Positions 61,392 through 64,000 of a DNA stretch of 64,000 nt are shown here, piece by piece. Both the position numbers and the translations under genes were made by a program. Source of the stretch: Utricularia gibba (lineage: Eukaryota; Plantae; Magnoliophyta); NCBI GenBank assembly GCA_002189035.1, contig NEEC01000002.1:992001-1056000 (forward strand). Reading direction: 5' to 3'. The notes beneath the pieces are model-generated. The model searched no databases and was not told the origin of the DNA. It saw only the letters and a list, made by a program, of their open reading frames with translations. Numbering within the stretch: the first letter of the stretch is position 1; each line of letters starts with the position of its first letter.

Positions 61392-62665
61392 TTGGCACTG
61401 CCTCAGAGAAGCCTTGAAACCGAGCTCCCTACAACAACTCGAAGCACAACACATGAACAAGAAGACAACCAGTCGATCCCACAACAGCAAAATCATAAAT
61501 GATTATTTTACGATAACCCAGAAACTAATTCATTGCCCCCACTTCAAACGACAACAGGGGGGCAGGACTAAGTCTACCAGTGATCTGAATGTGAAAGATT
61601 CGATCAAACAGATATCGAAAAAAGCATCAAAACGTTACCTTTGAAAGCAGGAGGAAGCAAGAAACAGAAGACTCGAAGATCGGAAGTCAGGGCATGTGAT
61701 AAAAATTCTTTATTCGCACGACGGTGAAAATTCTTGATTCGCGCTTTACAACTCATAAGACGACACTATTCACTTTTTCCAGAAGTTCCAGAAGTTCTGC
61801 ACAAATTTCACCAGGAAAATTAGATGGGATTTTGTCAAAACAACGAGCACCGTGGAAGACAACAAATGCACATGCAAATGCAAATTAAATTATCTTTAAA
61901 TTAAATTGAAGAGCCAAACGTCCAATTTCACAGCAATTACCAAAACCCCACACAAACCGAGTCAATAAATATCATTAATTCATATCAAGTGTGGCTAAAT
62001 AGTAATTACACCTTCACATATAAAAAGTGCTAAAAGGCCGGCCTTCTTTATGCTTTATGTCCTCCATACTTTTCTGATCCGCTGGTAGCTTTCAGGTGCT
62101 GTGGCGGTGCCGTCGTATTGGTTGCGTCGCCGACGCCGGCAGAGTCACAGGGTTTAGATTCCTTCGCTAACTGTGCCCATTTCCTGCTGTGCTTCCGAAT
62201 CCCGATTCGATGAATAGCGTTGCAATGATCGTGTTTAATCTCCGAATTTTCAGGTTCAAATGGGAGAAACTTCAGGAGGCTATAGTGGTGAATCCTGCGG
62301 CTCCGATTCCGGAGCATTGTGCTCCTTCGTCCACGGGCAGTGATGGGGTGTTCATCAAGTCAGAGATCGTCCGCTTACATTTGTAAGAAACAGATTAGTG
62401 TCCATTGTTTTGCTTAGGAGGGGCGAATTCCTTTCTCGAGAGAAGATGCCGAATTAGATCATTCAAGCGGGCTTCAGCTTTGGGAGCCATCTCTAGCTCA
62501 ATCATCCCAGTGAAACTCCAATTTATTTCTGGGATGCAGTGTTCATACAATTCAAGTCTGTTTCACGAAATCCAACTTAGATTGGATTAGGTGTAGAATG
62601 GAAGAAAGCCCTTTTATCAAAAAAAGACTCCCAAGTTCACTTTCAAATTCCAACACCAGATGAAG

Positions 62666-64000
62666 TTACTGGGGAAGCACTGCTGTGCATTCGATTTCAA
62701 TCCTGGCGTCCATTGGCAGTGCAGCAACCTGAAATGTAGAACGAGCGGGTGCCGGTGCCGGGAAGACTGCAGCACGAAGCGTAGAACAGGGTTCTCTTGT
62801 ATTAGAATCAGCATTGAGTAGTTGGAGTAGGATACAGGAAAAATACACTTGAATATTAACCACATGTAAAATGTTTGCAATTATATAGAAACTTACACTT
62901 TGCATATATCTCATTAACTTTCTTGAAATCCTTAAGATCAGCCAACCTGCACAGGAACAAAAACATGGTGTCAATTGCGTGCAGGAGGTCCTTTGTCTTA
63001 AAGTACAGCCGGATGCATTCATTTGCGTTCATTTTCCTGTTCCGGTGGATGTAAAAATAGTGAACGTGGAGAAAGACAAAAAAACAAACATGATTGTTGT
63101 CTTGACGACTGAGGAATAGTTGGCACCACTTGCTTCAAGAATCATTCCCATATTCTTGAGTACCTAGCATCAGTCAGCACAAGATGCAGTTGTAAAAAAA
63201 TGAAGCCACCATAAAAACACAGGGAAGAAAATGAAAACCACTACTCAGTTGGTGATCGACTAACTGTACAAACGACTACAAAATATAAATATTTGGATCA
63301 AACGACCATTTCACAGGTTGAGAAGACCTAAGTAAAGATTATAGGATATTCGATGCGTTCATAAACTTTCTTGCCTTATAAGGGGGATTCCAAGAAGAAA
63401 AGGGGAAAACTAGCAAGATTACCTGCTCAGTCTGTTCTTCCACAGTTTCTGCAACAAATTTCCCCGTCTGGAAATGGTAACTTGTAGACATCAGCTATCT
63501 TATCCATGCTTAAGAAGATGACGCAGCAGAAGCATTTAAAGATCACAAACCTCAGGAACAAGCCCAAGAACCCCAGAGACAAATAAAAGATTGTTGGCTT
63601 TGATGGCTTGAGAATAAGGCCCCAATGCCAAGGGAGCCTTGTCTGTCCGAACAGCTTCCTTCACAACTAAATCCATAGTAAAAAAAAAACCATTCAAGTC
63701 TCAAAAAAAAAAAAAAAAAAAACAGATACAAAATTAGGCGCATCACATCCTTCTTATCAAACAATAGTATCGAGCGTGTCTGCATTCTTGTAGCAACGTA
63801 GTTGAAAAAGAAGAAAGAAAACACGAAGCACTGACTAGGGTTGGGGGATGTAGAAATGCCCAAAGATGCGAACGCCGGAGATCGAACTGATCGCAGCAGA
63901 TTACTGCCGACGTAGGAGGCACATCCTATGGCCACCGCAAAAGGTGCCCAACTCCTTAGCTTTCCCCCGTCGACTGCCGAAAGACGGAAGCTCGTCGCAG
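62666..64000 (-). CDS. RidA: RidA reactive intermediate deaminase (YjgF/YER057c/UK114), organellar; start codon outside the window
   Basis: Spliced translation ...AVAIGCASYVG...KEAVRTDKAPLALGPYSQAIKANN...VLKNMG...[56 protein letters not shown]. Confidence 0.92.

Overview
This is a gene-dense eudicot plant nuclear window with about 21 protein-coding genes in 64 kb and mostly short introns. I found no rRNA, tRNA, CRISPR or recognisable conserved miRNA. Gene order: LRR-III receptor kinase (5'-truncated), ARG1-type DnaJ, MYB62-like R2R3-MYB, JAGGED, At1g68490-like protein, CLE27/43-type peptide, class II LBD, HMT1, TKPR2, CRF9-12-type ERF, small GTGVFIP-motif protein, WDR25-like, CRWN/NMCP1, MIZ1-like, nsLTP, RLCK pseudokinase, VAL (B3/PHD-like/CW/EAR), small coiled-coil protein, FERONIA, TRX h9-type and RidA (5'-truncated). 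Exon structures were derived by hand from splice motifs plus protein homology recalled from memory; no database searches were run. The signals missed by the ORF track are: (1) a U12-type intron in VAL with no AG acceptor; (2) an intron-split conserved-peptide-type uORF upstream of the CRF; (3) a Pack-MULE-like TIR element carrying a decayed IRX15/DUF579 fragment; (4) a candidate mutually exclusive 6-nt ATG microexon in TRX h9 that would remove its acylation signal; (5) a JAG start codon split by an intron. At least five genes have single-base frameshifts at short G/C runs, most likely assembly errors rather than true pseudogenes.
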